DNA of 64,000 nucleotides from Hemiscyllium ocellatum (lineage: Eukaryota), in assembly GCF_020745735.1 (NCBI RefSeq), contig NC_083409.1, forward strand, positions 18,372,341 through 18,436,340. The letters run 5' to 3'. Each line of letters opens with the position of its first letter. Positions within the stretch are counted from its first letter, which is position 1. The translations under genes and the position numbers were made by a program. This document shows, piece by piece, positions 35,434 through 46,999 of this stretch. The notes beneath the pieces are model-generated. The model was not told the origin of the DNA. It made no database searches and saw only the letters and a list, made by a program, of their open reading frames with translations.

Positions 35434-35582
35434 CTCAGAGAGACACCTACAGGCAGCGTTCAGTAACGCACCCACATTCGGAGACACCTGTCTCCAGCAT
35501 GGAGTGTGATCATGGTCCTCAGTGCAACCTGTCTCACAGAGTGAGTGTGTTACTCTGTGCTGTCTGTAGGTGTCTCTCTGAG
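35434..35582. repeat. Imperfect inverted repeat (~54-bp arms, ~41-bp loop)
   Basis: CTCAGAGAGACACCTACAGGCAGC (35434-35457) pairs 23/24 with GCTGTCTGTAGGTGTCTCTCTGAG (35559-35582); weaker pairing continues inward. Confidence 0.8.
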
Positions 35583-36719
35583 GTATGTGTCTCCGAGTGA
35601 TGGATTGAGAATGGGCTTTGTGCTGGGGATTGAAGATTAGGCTTTAATCTTCTCAAATCATGAATGGAAAACAGTTCTGCTGATTCAGTCTGAGATGGCA
35701 GCTCATTCAGATGGCCAAAGTTAAAAAACACACAACTCCAGGTGATAGTCAAACAGGTTTATTTCAAAGTAGAAGCGTTCAGAGCACTGTTTCTTCATCA
35801 GGTAGCTGGAGGGGCAGGATCATTGGACACAGAATTTATAGTAAATTCAGATGGCAGCTGAAAAAGGTGAATACTGAGAGTGTATTCTCAGTAAGGGAGG
35901 GATTTCAGAGGCAGTGGGCACTGTGCTCCCTCATGCAGAAATGTCGATTTTCCTGCTCCTCAGATGCTGCCTGACCTGCTGTGCTTTTCCAGCACTACTC
36001 TAATCTAGACTGTGCTCCCTAATGTGATGTCCAATTACAAGGGGACTTTCTGAATCCAGGGTCAATGGTGGCTGCCTGCCCAGCCAATGCTGGCTCCCCA
36101 TAGTCATATTTCAGTGGTTAATTAACCCAAAACAAGGTGCAGCAATATTACCTTCCAGGGAGGGGAGCTGTCTGAGGGAGGGAGGTTGAATTCTTGCAGC
36201 CCCAAGAGAGGTTGCGGTGGATTAATGACAGGTATGACCACCATGAAGGTGCCACTTTCTCTCCCCCTGCTACAGCTGTAATGACCCTCAGGTTAAAAGT
36301 GTGACTGCTCTGGGATGATGACCACATTCCTGGGTGATGGAGGGAAGGCCAACCTCTCCCAAAGGCAGCACAGGCTGGATCGAAGGTGAAACAAGAGTAA
36401 GCATGGGGAGATTGAGGGTGACAGAAGGAGGGGGTTGGTTGGCAGGTTGTTATTCAGAGTCAGGTCCCAGAGTATCAGTCCTTCTGACATTCCCCTTTTT
36501 ATCTGTCAGCCAGGGCTCCCTGATTGGACAAAGTTAACCGTCCCTGTCAGGGAACTCATATTTCATCAAAAAGAATAAAACATTTATTGAACAAGGAGCT
36601 CAAGAGCTAAATGACATTCAACAAAATGAATGGTTTGAAAGATTTCATTATGGACACTGCAAATAAGATTTGGTGAAGAACTTTTTCACTCAACAGGTGG
36701 TGGGAATCCGGAATGGACT

Positions 36720-36910
36720 GTCATAAAATCCCTACAGTGAGGAAACAGGCCACTTGGCCCAACATGTCAACACTGACCCTTGGAAGAGTAACCTACCCAA
36801 GACCCAATCCCCTGTCTTATTACTCTGCTTTTCCCCTGACTAATGAGCCTAACCTACACATCCCTGACCACTGTGGGCAACTTAGCATGGCCAATTCACC
36901 TAACCTGCAC
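36720..36910 (-). mobile_element. 3' half of an HE1-type SINE abutting the Penelope element
   Basis: Matches the tail half of 2681-2975; the tRNA head is absent. Confidence 0.7.
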
Positions 36911-39302
36911 GTCCATCCTGAGAAAAGGGCTCACATTCGTTGCCTACTTCAAAAAACCCCGCACCCACCAGGACGTGGAGCTCTTCTTCCGCCGCCTCTA
37001 CCTCCGTGTCTTCTTCTTTAACAAAAACTCCCAAACTCCCTCTGAGGACCCCTTCTCCCATCACCAACCTTCCTCCTCCACTTGGTCACCCCCCCACCCC
37101 CCCCACCAACAGCTGTGTACACACCCTAGAGCTCTTTATTGCTGACCACTGATGTGACATCATCTGCCTCAATTTCTCCACCTCCCCTCACCCTCTCCAA
37201 TCACCCCTCCTCCAAACGTGCAGCCCTCCACTCTCTCCGTACCAACCCCTGGTTCACCATCAAACCCACTGACAAAGGCGGTAGTCTGGGGAACGGACCT
37301 CTATGTCGCAGTGGCCGAACCCCAACTCTCTGACACCACGTTCTGCCTCCCCCTTGCCCATGACCCCACTGTGACCCATCAGGCCAAAATCACTCACACT
37401 GTCAGTGCCCCCATTGCCTCCAGTGATCTCCCCTCCACTGTCTCCAATCTCATAGTCCCCCAGCCCTGCACTGCCCAGTTCTACCTGCTCCCCAAGATCC
37501 ACAAACCCAACTACACCGGCCGACCCATCATCTCAACATGCTCCTGCCCCACCGAACTCCTCTCATCCTACCTCAACTCCATCCTCTCCTCCTGGGTTCA
37601 GGCACTTCCCACCTACATCCGTGACACCAACCATGCCCTCCATCTCTTCAGAAACCTTCAGTTCCCAGGCCTCCAGCACTTTACCTTCACTATGGACAGT
37701 CCTTATATACGTCCATACCCAACAAGATCAGCCTCCTGGCCCTCTGCTTTTTTCTCTCCAACAGATCCATCCACTCCCCCTCCACCAATACCCTCCTCCA
37801 TCTGGCCCAACTGGTCCTCACCCTCAACAACTTTTCCTTTAACTCCTCCCAGTTCCTCTAAATCCAGGGGTGGCTATGATTACCTGGATGGGCCCCAGCT
37901 CCCCCTGCCCCTTTATTGGCTATGCTGAACAGTCCCTCTTCAGTGCCTACACAGGCACTGTGCCCCAGCTCTGCTACCATTACATCGATGACTGCATTGG
38001 TGCAGTGACCTGCACCCAGGCTGAACTGGAGCAGTTCATCGTCTTCACCCACAACTTCCACCATACTCTCAAATTCACTTGGTCCACCTTGGACACCTCC
38101 CTCCCCTTCATTGACCTCTCCATTCCCATCCCCAGCGACAGTGTTCAGATAGACATTTACTGCAAACTCACAGACTCCCATTATTACCCAGACTATGCAT
38201 TCTCACACCCAGTGTCCTGCAAGAACTCTATCCCATTCTTCCAATTCCTCCACCTCTGCTCTATCTGCTCGGATGAGGAAACATTCCACTCCGAAGTATT
38301 CCAGATGTCCACCTATTTCGAACAACATGCTTTTGCTCCCTCTGTCATCCATCGCACCACCTCCATTTCCCATTCCACTGCTCTAAACCCACCCCCTCCA
38401 AACAGAATAAAGACAGAGTGCCCATTGTCCTCACCTATCACCCAAACCAATCTCTGTATACAACACATCATCCTATTCCGCCAACCCCAACAAGACCCCA
38501 CCACCAAGAATCTCTTCCTCACGCTACCCCTGTCTGCCTTCCACAAGGACTGTTCTCTTTGACAATTCTTGGTTTGCACCACTCTCTCCACCATCTCTCC
38601 TGAACCCCCCGGTACCTTCCCCTGCAAACAGAAATGATGCAAAGCCTGCTGGTACACCAACCCCAGCACCTCCATCCAGGGCCCCAAACAGTCCTTCCAG
38701 GTGAGACAGAGGTTCACCTGCCTCTCCTCCAACCGAGTTTACTGCATCAGGTGACGGCGATGTGGTCTTCTCTACATCTGGAAGACCAAACATAAACTTA
38801 GGCAGCGGTTGGTCGTGCATCTCAGCTGGGCCTGTAGGGGCCGACCAGACCTCCCAGTCACCACCCATTTTAATTCCCCTTCCCACTCCCTTTCCAACAT
38901 GACCATCCTTGGCCTCCTCCATTGCCACAATGAACCAAACTGCAAATTGGAGGAACAATACCTCATCTTCTGCCTGAGCAGCCTACAGCCCAGAGGATTC
39001 AACACTGAGTTCTCCAATTTCAAATATCTTCCCTTGTCATCCCCTGACTCCCTCCCCAGCCCCTCCCATCTCTTCCAGTCCTCTCTGCCACCAAACAGAT
39101 TCATTCCTTCCATTGACGAATCAGGTCGTGTCCTCTGCCTGTCTTCATCTATCCCCGTTCTCCACTCTGCCCCTGCCACCCCCTTTATCTGCAGCTCCGC
39201 CTACACCCACCACCATTCCTGAAGAAGAGTTACACCCAAAACATTAACTTCTTCACCGCCTGATGCTGCCTGACTTGCTGTGTTCCTCCAGCCTCCTGCC
39301 TG
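36911..39302 (+). mobile_element. Decayed Penelope-like element (RT + GIY-YIG endonuclease)
   Basis: IKPTDKG, FYLLPKIHK...GRPIIS, YIRDTNHAL, AMITWMGPS, YHYIDDCIG, LPFIDL, DIYCKLTDSH; GIY-YIG-like FTCLSSNRVYCI at ~38710-38750. Confidence 0.85.
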
Positions 39303-39629
39303 TCATTGAATGGAACCAGCAGGAAAGGGCTGGACAATCAAGGGTCAGGGCCATCAACAAATGGGAATGGGACACACTACAGATAGATGCATTGAGACAG
39401 TCAATTACAAAGAGAAGACCAAACTGGAAATGAAACACTCATACACAGTGGACAGAATTTAATATCAGAAAGTGAGACCATGCACTTTGTTCAGAATAAT
39501 CGAAAGGCCGACTAGTATTTAAATAGTGAGAGATTCCAACAAAGTGCAATACAGAGTGATCTGAGTAGTATTGTGCATGAAACACAGAAAGTAAGTACAG
39601 CAAGGAATTGAGAAGGCGAATGGAATTTT

Positions 39630-39933
39630 AGATTACTTACAGTGTGGAAACAGGCCCTTCGGCCCAACAAGTCCACACCAACCTGCCAAAGTGCAACCCA
39701 TCCATACCTCTACATTTACCCCTTACCTAACACTACAGGCAATTTAACATGGCCAATTCACCTGACCCGCACATCTTTGGACTGTGGGAGGAAACCGGAG
39801 CACCCACAGGAAACCCACGCAGACACGGGGAGAACATGCAAACTCCACACAGTCAGTCGTCTGAGTCGGGAATTGAACCCGGGTCTCAGGCGCTGTGAGA
39901 CAGCAGTGCTAACCACTGTCCACCGTGCCGCCC
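39630..39933 (-). mobile_element. HE1-type SINE (present only in the left arm of the inverted duplication)
   Basis: A and B boxes on the minus strand (GGCACGGTGGACAGTGG; CGGGTTCAATTCC) and GTAATCT tail. Confidence 0.85.
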
Positions 39934-42480
39934 ACACGGCCACCCACAACCTTTGTTGTCTGGGGTTGGAATTTAAAAGTAGAGAAATCTTCTTAAATCT
40001 TTAAAGGGTATTAGTGAGCCTGCATTTGAAGTATTGTGTGCAATTTTTGTCCCTGTATTTAAGAAATGATGGACTCCTGCTTCTATTTCTCATGTCCTTG
40101 TGTGCTTCAGTGTCCTTCCCTCACAGCACAACTGGTTTGTCCCCTGCCTGCAGTAGCAGCCTCCAGTCTCTGGGTGGTGCTGCCATATGATCTGCCTTGC
40201 CCAGGCTGTCACAATTCCCACATCACAGCAATGCCAGGACTTCGGAAGTATTGAATTGGCTTTAAAACATTTTCCAACATCCAAGCTCAAAAACGGCAAA
40301 ATACGAATATAATTCTCTCTCGTTTTATGTTTTGTCTCCAAGCCTTCCCACCTGTCATCCAACAACATCGCACACTTGTGTAAAATCTGGAATGGATCAT
40401 GAATCTCTGGGAGAACTTACTTTGTGACAACACTGGGTCTAATGACCACATCCTCAGTGTGCTTTGAGGATGAAGGTCAATAGCAGTCTCACTGGGACTT
40501 GGTCTGAATTGTCTCCAGTCAGTCAGTGCTTTTGTCTGGTCCAAACAGCATTGACTAACCTTAGACCCCTGTGATCTGATTGAGATGAAGGGTGAGCTGT
40601 GCTGGACTTTCACTCATGGCTCACACACATGGTGAAGTAGGGGTTACCCATTTCAGAAGAGTAAATGGAACGAACGAACCGGGTGGATGTGACATCCCTA
40701 CCTGTCCCCAAGAGAGTGGAGACAGGAACAGTAATATTCTCACACAGAAAGGATGGTAAAAATTTTAACCCACAGAGAGAGAGGGGACAGGAAAAGCAAT
40801 GCTCCCTAAAGACATGGGACAGTATCTGTCTGTTCCCCACTTTCTTGTTGTGTTGTGACCATGGGAAATTGATTTGGTTTATATTTTCTCCATTGTATTT
40901 AGGTTTGATGAGGTGATTCATTAACAAGGATTCCAATTGCATATTTCCTGTAGCAGCAGATCCATTGAAGATCACATTTTCATTTGGAATTTGCCCAAGT
41001 TTCTGTGCAGGCTGATGCAGCATGGTCTACCAGTGCTGCTCCTATTGGGCTAAACCATCACACACGAGGGAATCTGACGGACACTTTCTCTTTGTGCTGA
41101 CAAAGGGAGAGTTTTGGTTTTACTGCGATGGTGGCCAGAGAAATTAGTCAGTGGATGTAGTTTCAACTGAGCAGAATGTTCTGATGTTCATGATGGGATT
41201 AACCACGACAGTTCCCACTTACCTTTACACTGACAGTGGGGCAGGAAGTCACCACACAGTGGTCTCCTGGCTCACACTGAGAAACCAAGTTGATGGTCTA
41301 ACTGCAGAGAGCAAGACAATGGCTTTGACTAACCGAACAACCAGAGGCTTCAGCCAACATCTGGGTCACCGGCAAATGGCGTGTTGTATAAACTCTCAGT
41401 ATCTCAGGGAACATTCATTGACAAACATAACTACAAAATGGAACAGGATATTGTTTATGAAAATTGGCATTGCAAAAATAAAATCCAAACACATTATAGA
41501 TAATCTCATTTCAAAGACTACAGCATTTTCTTTGAAAACTGGACGATAGTGAGATGAGAAATCAAACACCCATCCACTCCGTCACACAGAGTTGAAGACG
41601 CACTGTCCTCATCATAACAGGTTTGCAAGCATCTGAATAACACATAAGTGGAGAGAAACATTGCAAACTGTATTATCATGAGAGAGGATCCATTAAAACC
41701 TAGAACCATGATGTTAAATGCTCCCTGCTATAAACAACACTGATGCATTCACATCATTGGAATGTTAAATTATTTAAATCTCAAGAGGCATTGATGATTT
41801 TTTTTCCAAGTCCATAGCAAGGAAGCAGCAGCTGACATATGAACTCTAACAAAATGATAACAGGCACTGAATACAGAGCTGACTCCAGAGAGAGAAGAAA
41901 AATCAACAGCAGAAATCTGTCCAGTGCTGGGAGAATTTTAGACAAGACACCTTGTTGCCAGCAGCTTGAAAACTCCAGTACGGTCAGAAAGAGAAAAAGG
42001 ACAATGTGCAGATTGTTGAACAGGCCCCTACACCTGGGCCTGAGGCAGGAGCCCAAGCTCCAACACACTGGCCTCACGTCACACCAACCTTCACACAGTG
42101 CGGGGTCATGAACTCCGGCCATCAATCCCTCTGGGACAGGGACGGAGTGAGGGAACAGGGACAATTGTAGAAGAGTCAATAAGGAGTAAAGCAAGATGGA
42201 GAGGGTGTTTTGGAAAGGGGTTAGAGGAGGAAATATACTTTGTGCCACTCAGTACAGACATCATCTACGTGTATCACAGAATGAACAAAACAGCACACTG
42301 TGAAGACAAACGAAAGTCACATCAAAGTACTTTTCTTATCACATGGGACATTTTCATTGTGGTGTGATAAGTACCCTGCTTCTAAAGCTGCACTGCCTCT
42401 CTATGGGTCTCTATAGATTCAGCCTCTTTGCTCTAAGCAGAGTCCCAGTTAATTTTTTACTGATCAGGGACAATGAAGCA

Positions 42481-42510
42481 CTACCCTCTAGTGGCGAGAG
42501 AGCGCTTGCA
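42481..42510 (-). promoter_or_regulatory. Candidate CTCF binding site with upstream motif
   Basis: Minus strand reads TGCAA-N11-CCACTAGAGGGTAG, one mismatch to the CCACYAGRGGGCRS core. Confidence 0.5.
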
Positions 42511-45384
42511 CTGATGCTGAGGATTATGGGTAAAGTCCCCTTCCATTGGCGCCCACACACACCAGCAGCCACTTCAGCTGCTTTATTGAAAACCACAAGC
42601 TTTCAAGGTGCTGTTCTTTCAACGGTGGAACTGGACACACGATCAAATGAGTGAGTGGCAGAGGAAGGAGATTCATCCTCTTGAGCCTGCTCCCCATGGC
42701 TGACCTGATTATTCTACATTCTTGCCTTACTCTGATAGATTCTTGAAAGCAATGGCTATCTACCTCTTCATTACAAGCATTCAGAGGTTTCATTTCTATG
42801 TTTGATGAAGAGTTCCGAAGATCCATGACCTTATGCAAGAAAAAGAACCTGCTTATCTCCGTCTTCTATGAGGGAATTTGTTTTAATTTGATATTCTCGC
42901 TGAAAAGGAAACATGCTTTTCACATCCACGCTGTATTCTATGTTCATGTTGATATGGCATCTGCTTTAATCAGCTGCTCTCTTATGAGAACAGCAGCCTA
43001 TCCTGCCACCTTCAGTGACTGATGCACAAAAATATCCAGATCCAAGTACCCCTACACCCATCCATACTTGTACCCTTTAGTTTGTTTTGTCTCCCCTGTT
43101 TTCTTTCCAAAATGAATCAGTGACATCTCTTTCCATTAAATTGTTTCTACAGCTATCTGCTCATTCCATTAACTTATCTACATCCTTTTTGAAGTTAGAA
43201 CTATCTTCTTCATCAGCTGTAATACATCCAAGTTTCATACCATCAGCAAATTTTGAAGTTATGCCTTGTGCACTCAGGTTAACATAGATTTAAATATTTT
43301 AAATATTTTTTAAAATGAACTATTTTATAAACTATTGTAAATTAAACCACAAATTTATTGCCCATCCCTAGTTACTCGGACTGAGTTCTGAGCCAGATTA
43401 TGGGGCCATTAAGAATGAATCACGTCACTGTGGGACTGGAGTCACAGACGGGATGATGACTGGGTTCCCTTGTCCAAACTACATTCATGAACACGACATT
43501 GAGTTTCATGGGTTTTATTGTTCTGATCGCAGCGCCTTCCTTCCCAGATATTATATGGCTCACCACCGCCCTCTCCAGGACAATTAGGAAAGGGCAAAAA
43601 ATAGCAGCCACTTTTGTGCCCACCCATCCTCGGAGAAATCAATATAAATGAGATACTCTTCAAATGATCAAACTGGTGAAGCTTGAATTCATCTCTTTGA
43701 AAGACTGGACCCTCGGCCAGAAACAGAGCCATGACATGGGTGACCCTGGTTTGTCAGACTGAAAGGTGGAGTGTCCTTCGGATTGACACTGAGATCAGAC
43801 ACAAAATGAATTATACTGAAAGACTGAACAAACTGCTATCAAAACGGGTCACCAAACTGGAAAGAGCAGCAATTTATCTGGGAGACCTCAACAGGTATCA
43901 ATGGGTGTAAGAGCATTCGGCAGGCAAGTGTCAGATATTGTTGAACACACCAGAAACACAGTCACACAGAAAGGGAAGCAATTGGGATAGAGCAGGGAAA
44001 CGGGAATAACTGAATTTCTCCACTGAGAGCTGGAAGAGGTTTTCTTGGTTGTAACTCCTCTGAGAACAAAAAAGGTTGAAGGGTGGTCTATATTATAAAC
44101 AATACTGCAGCACGCAAGAAAGGATTCAAGTGACAGATCTCCTTTAACTTAGAAAAAATATCAGAAATAAAGGTCAATGTGATTTTGGATTGAATATTGA
44201 TAGTGAGGAGATGGAGGGGAGAGTGACCATGGTTAGGTCATGGCTAGAATGGTGCACGGTTAGGGGCTGCTTTGAGGGGCAATAGATAATGGGACATGGA
44301 TAGGGGATCTTGGGTCACAAGAGAAGTGCAGGTTGGCAAATGGAAAATGCCATGGAAAATGCAGGATTACAGGAATAGGGTGGGGAAGGTGTGCGTCTGG
44401 GTGGGATGGCCTTCAAAGGGTCAGTATGAGCTTGCTGGGCTGTGTGTCCTGCTTCCAATCTGTAGGAATTCCTCGATTCTGTGATTCTATGAAGGCCAGA
44501 CAGGATCTTGACAGTGGAGGGAGGGTGTTCTGGTGTTCAAAAGTTCTTAAACAAATAATCACAGTAAATGTAGATTTACTATCAGTGCAGATAAACTGAA
44601 AGGCAAAATGACATATTCTCCAGTCATATACCAGGTACAGAAAAGAGATCAGGAAAAACATTTTGATGCAGTTATTGGAATTGAATGATGAATGATGATA
44701 AACAGAGTGCTCCATTCAAATAAAGACAGAATTTTAGAATTTCAACAGGCCTGAAGTAAAACAGGAAATCAGGTTCAAATAGTCATTTGAGAATATAGTA
44801 CTTGAGTGAGACAAAACCCTTCTTGTGGAAGCATTTCTTTTTGCCTTGCTTTCTCTCCATGGATGCTGCCTGACCCGCTGGGATCTTCATTATTTTGCTG
44901 CGCTATTTCTTACAAAATGTCTTGTTGGGTGCAAGACAAAAGCTTTGACAAAATGTCTCTTTTTTTTCAGCAACACTTGAATTTGGATCAGTTTGGAGAG
45001 AAAGCAGGGCCATGGAATCATCTTTCCCTGTCGGGAGGGAGGGAGTGTGTGTGGAATCTCCCATGGGCAGGGTTCTCCTGGCTGCCACCACATCAGGAAG
45101 GCTGGAGCTTGATGATCGAGCTGAATGGACAGGGCTCGCTCTCACAGTCCTCAGGGCCATGGAACCTCTTGTGATGGGAGCATCTGCTTGGTGTCGAGGG
45201 CAAGCAATGACATTGCAGTGGGATTGGAAATGGATGCTGCACAATGGCTGCACCGATTCTTCCTCTCTGCCTGATCCCTCCCCACGAACAGGAGAAGTTG
45301 CATTAGAAACCTGTTCTAAAGGGCTACAACCCACTGCAGCACTCCCAACCTGCAAAGAGAAGTTCACTTCTACAAAGACTTTGC

Positions 45385-46055
45385 CAAGGACAGATATTCC
45401 TGCAACTTCATCCACAGGTGCATAACAGACAAACAACGTGATGAGGGTATGCCACGACCTAACCCACTAGCCACACTGCCTTATATAAAAACATCACAGA
45501 ACTCCAACCACTCATAAACAGCCCAGAAACTGATAGCCACGCTCAGACAACCCACGAGAACAAAAGGCCCAATACCCACCGTGTGAAAGACAGATGGAGT
45601 TTACAAGAATCCATGTAATGTTTGCACAAAACACCTCGGACAAACAGGCAGACAACTAGCCATCCACATCCATGAACACCAACGAGCCACTAAACCCCAT
45701 GAGCAGCTGTCCCGAGTAGCTATACACACAGATGACAAGGACCACAAATTCGATTGGGCCAACACTATGATCATAGGACAAGCTCACCAGAGGGCAGCCA
45801 GAGAATTTATAGAGGCATGACACTTATCCATGGGCTCCATCAATAAACACATTGACCTAGACTCAGTACACCGACCACTTCAACGAACATCCGGAACCAA
45901 TAACTGGAAACAGCAGGAATGGAACCAAATAAATTCCAGAAGACACAGCACAACAGCGCTTCACAGGAAGCTCCAAAGCTCTGAAGATGTCACTGAGACA
46001 GGGGACAAAATGTCTACAAATCAACTTCCCAGCTCGGTGAGCATACCCACAACTA
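45385..46055 (+). mobile_element. Penelope-like 3' fragment (GIY-YIG region), family distinct from 36911-39302
   Basis: Frameshifted GVYKNPC..C..H.GQTGRQLAIHIHEHQ...HKFDWANTMIIGQA at ~45595-45790, followed by a CTGAAGATGTCAC-type end. Confidence 0.7.
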
Positions 46056-46399
46056 CAGCAAGAGTGAGGGGTTTTCCTGTCCTACAGTGCGCTCCAAATC
46101 CTTACCTGCCCTCCTCATTGTCATACCCTCCTGCCCCTTACTACACATGGAATGGGACAGCCTGGTCCTGAGGATTATAACATCCTTCTGGAACAAAGTC
46201 TCCAGGTATCTCTGCACCTCCCTGATGTGTCACCAATACTTTCAACTCAGCCTCCAGTCCAAACACTCTGTGTGGGGGTTGTTGTAGTTTTATACATTCA
46301 CGACAGATGTATTTAATCTGAGTCACTTTAACTCAATAAAGAAATGTTGATCCCATTTACAAATGAAAGATACCCATGAGAGTGAGGTGAGGGCAGAGT

Positions 46400-46800
46400 G
46401 ACAGTACATGACATCAAGACCTCTTTGATGGTGTGTGGCATCAAGGAGCCTGAGCAATGCAGCAGCTTTTCACCTGCTATTCCAGGGAAGGGATCAACAT
46501 CTGGATCCCTCTGAGCAACTCCTGGGAGTTCTGTCATCCCAAAGGGACACATCCTCTTCCTCAGTTCCCACAAACAGCAGCAAATCAGCCACACACTGTC
46601 CAAACTGTTTGGGGGAGCTGACCTGAACTCTCACAGCCCTGTGCCATGCTCTGCTGGAAGATGGAGGGACTATTGGGGAGTCCTTGGCACAGACAGCTCC
46701 ACCAATATTGTTGGTCTTTAAACGTGAAGTAGAACTTTTCCTGGTCCTCAGCCCTCCCTGCTCCGATATGGACCAGAACACGTTCAAAATGACCAACTGT
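46400..46800 (-). pseudogene. Retrovirus-like reverse transcriptase relic
   Basis: Across frameshifts: ILNVFWSI ... EKFYFTFKDQQYWWSCLCQGLPNSPSIFQQ ... QCVADLLLFVGTEEE, matching the RT motif series DxxxxFxSI / FxFT..QYxW..LPQGFxNSP / YVDDLL. Confidence 0.65.
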
Positions 46801-46999
46801 GTAAAGACCCACTGCCAGTAAAGTTTTCAATACCTTTGAAAGGTTATGGTTGTTATTACAACTCAACATGTCCCCAACAAACAGTCTCCTGGACAGGGAC
46901 AGAATAAGGTTAGATACAGAGTAAAGCTCTTTCCGTACTGTTCCCACCAAAGACACACAGGACAGGGACAGGATAAGAAACAGAATAAAGCTGTCTCCA

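Noticed and set aside
36042-36051. kappa-B-like site GGGACTTTCT
   Set aside because: One mismatch in the critical CC end and isolated; not enough to call an enhancer.
35131-43432. Heptamers at 35131, 35919, 36869, 41255, 42094 and 43426 as a kappa-deleting-element RSS
   Set aside because: None has a recognisable nonamer at 12 or 23 bp; the number is as expected by chance.
43731-43910. Short plus-strand ORF MTWVTLVCQTERW...
   Set aside because: About 59 codons, no recognisable domain or convincing acceptor.
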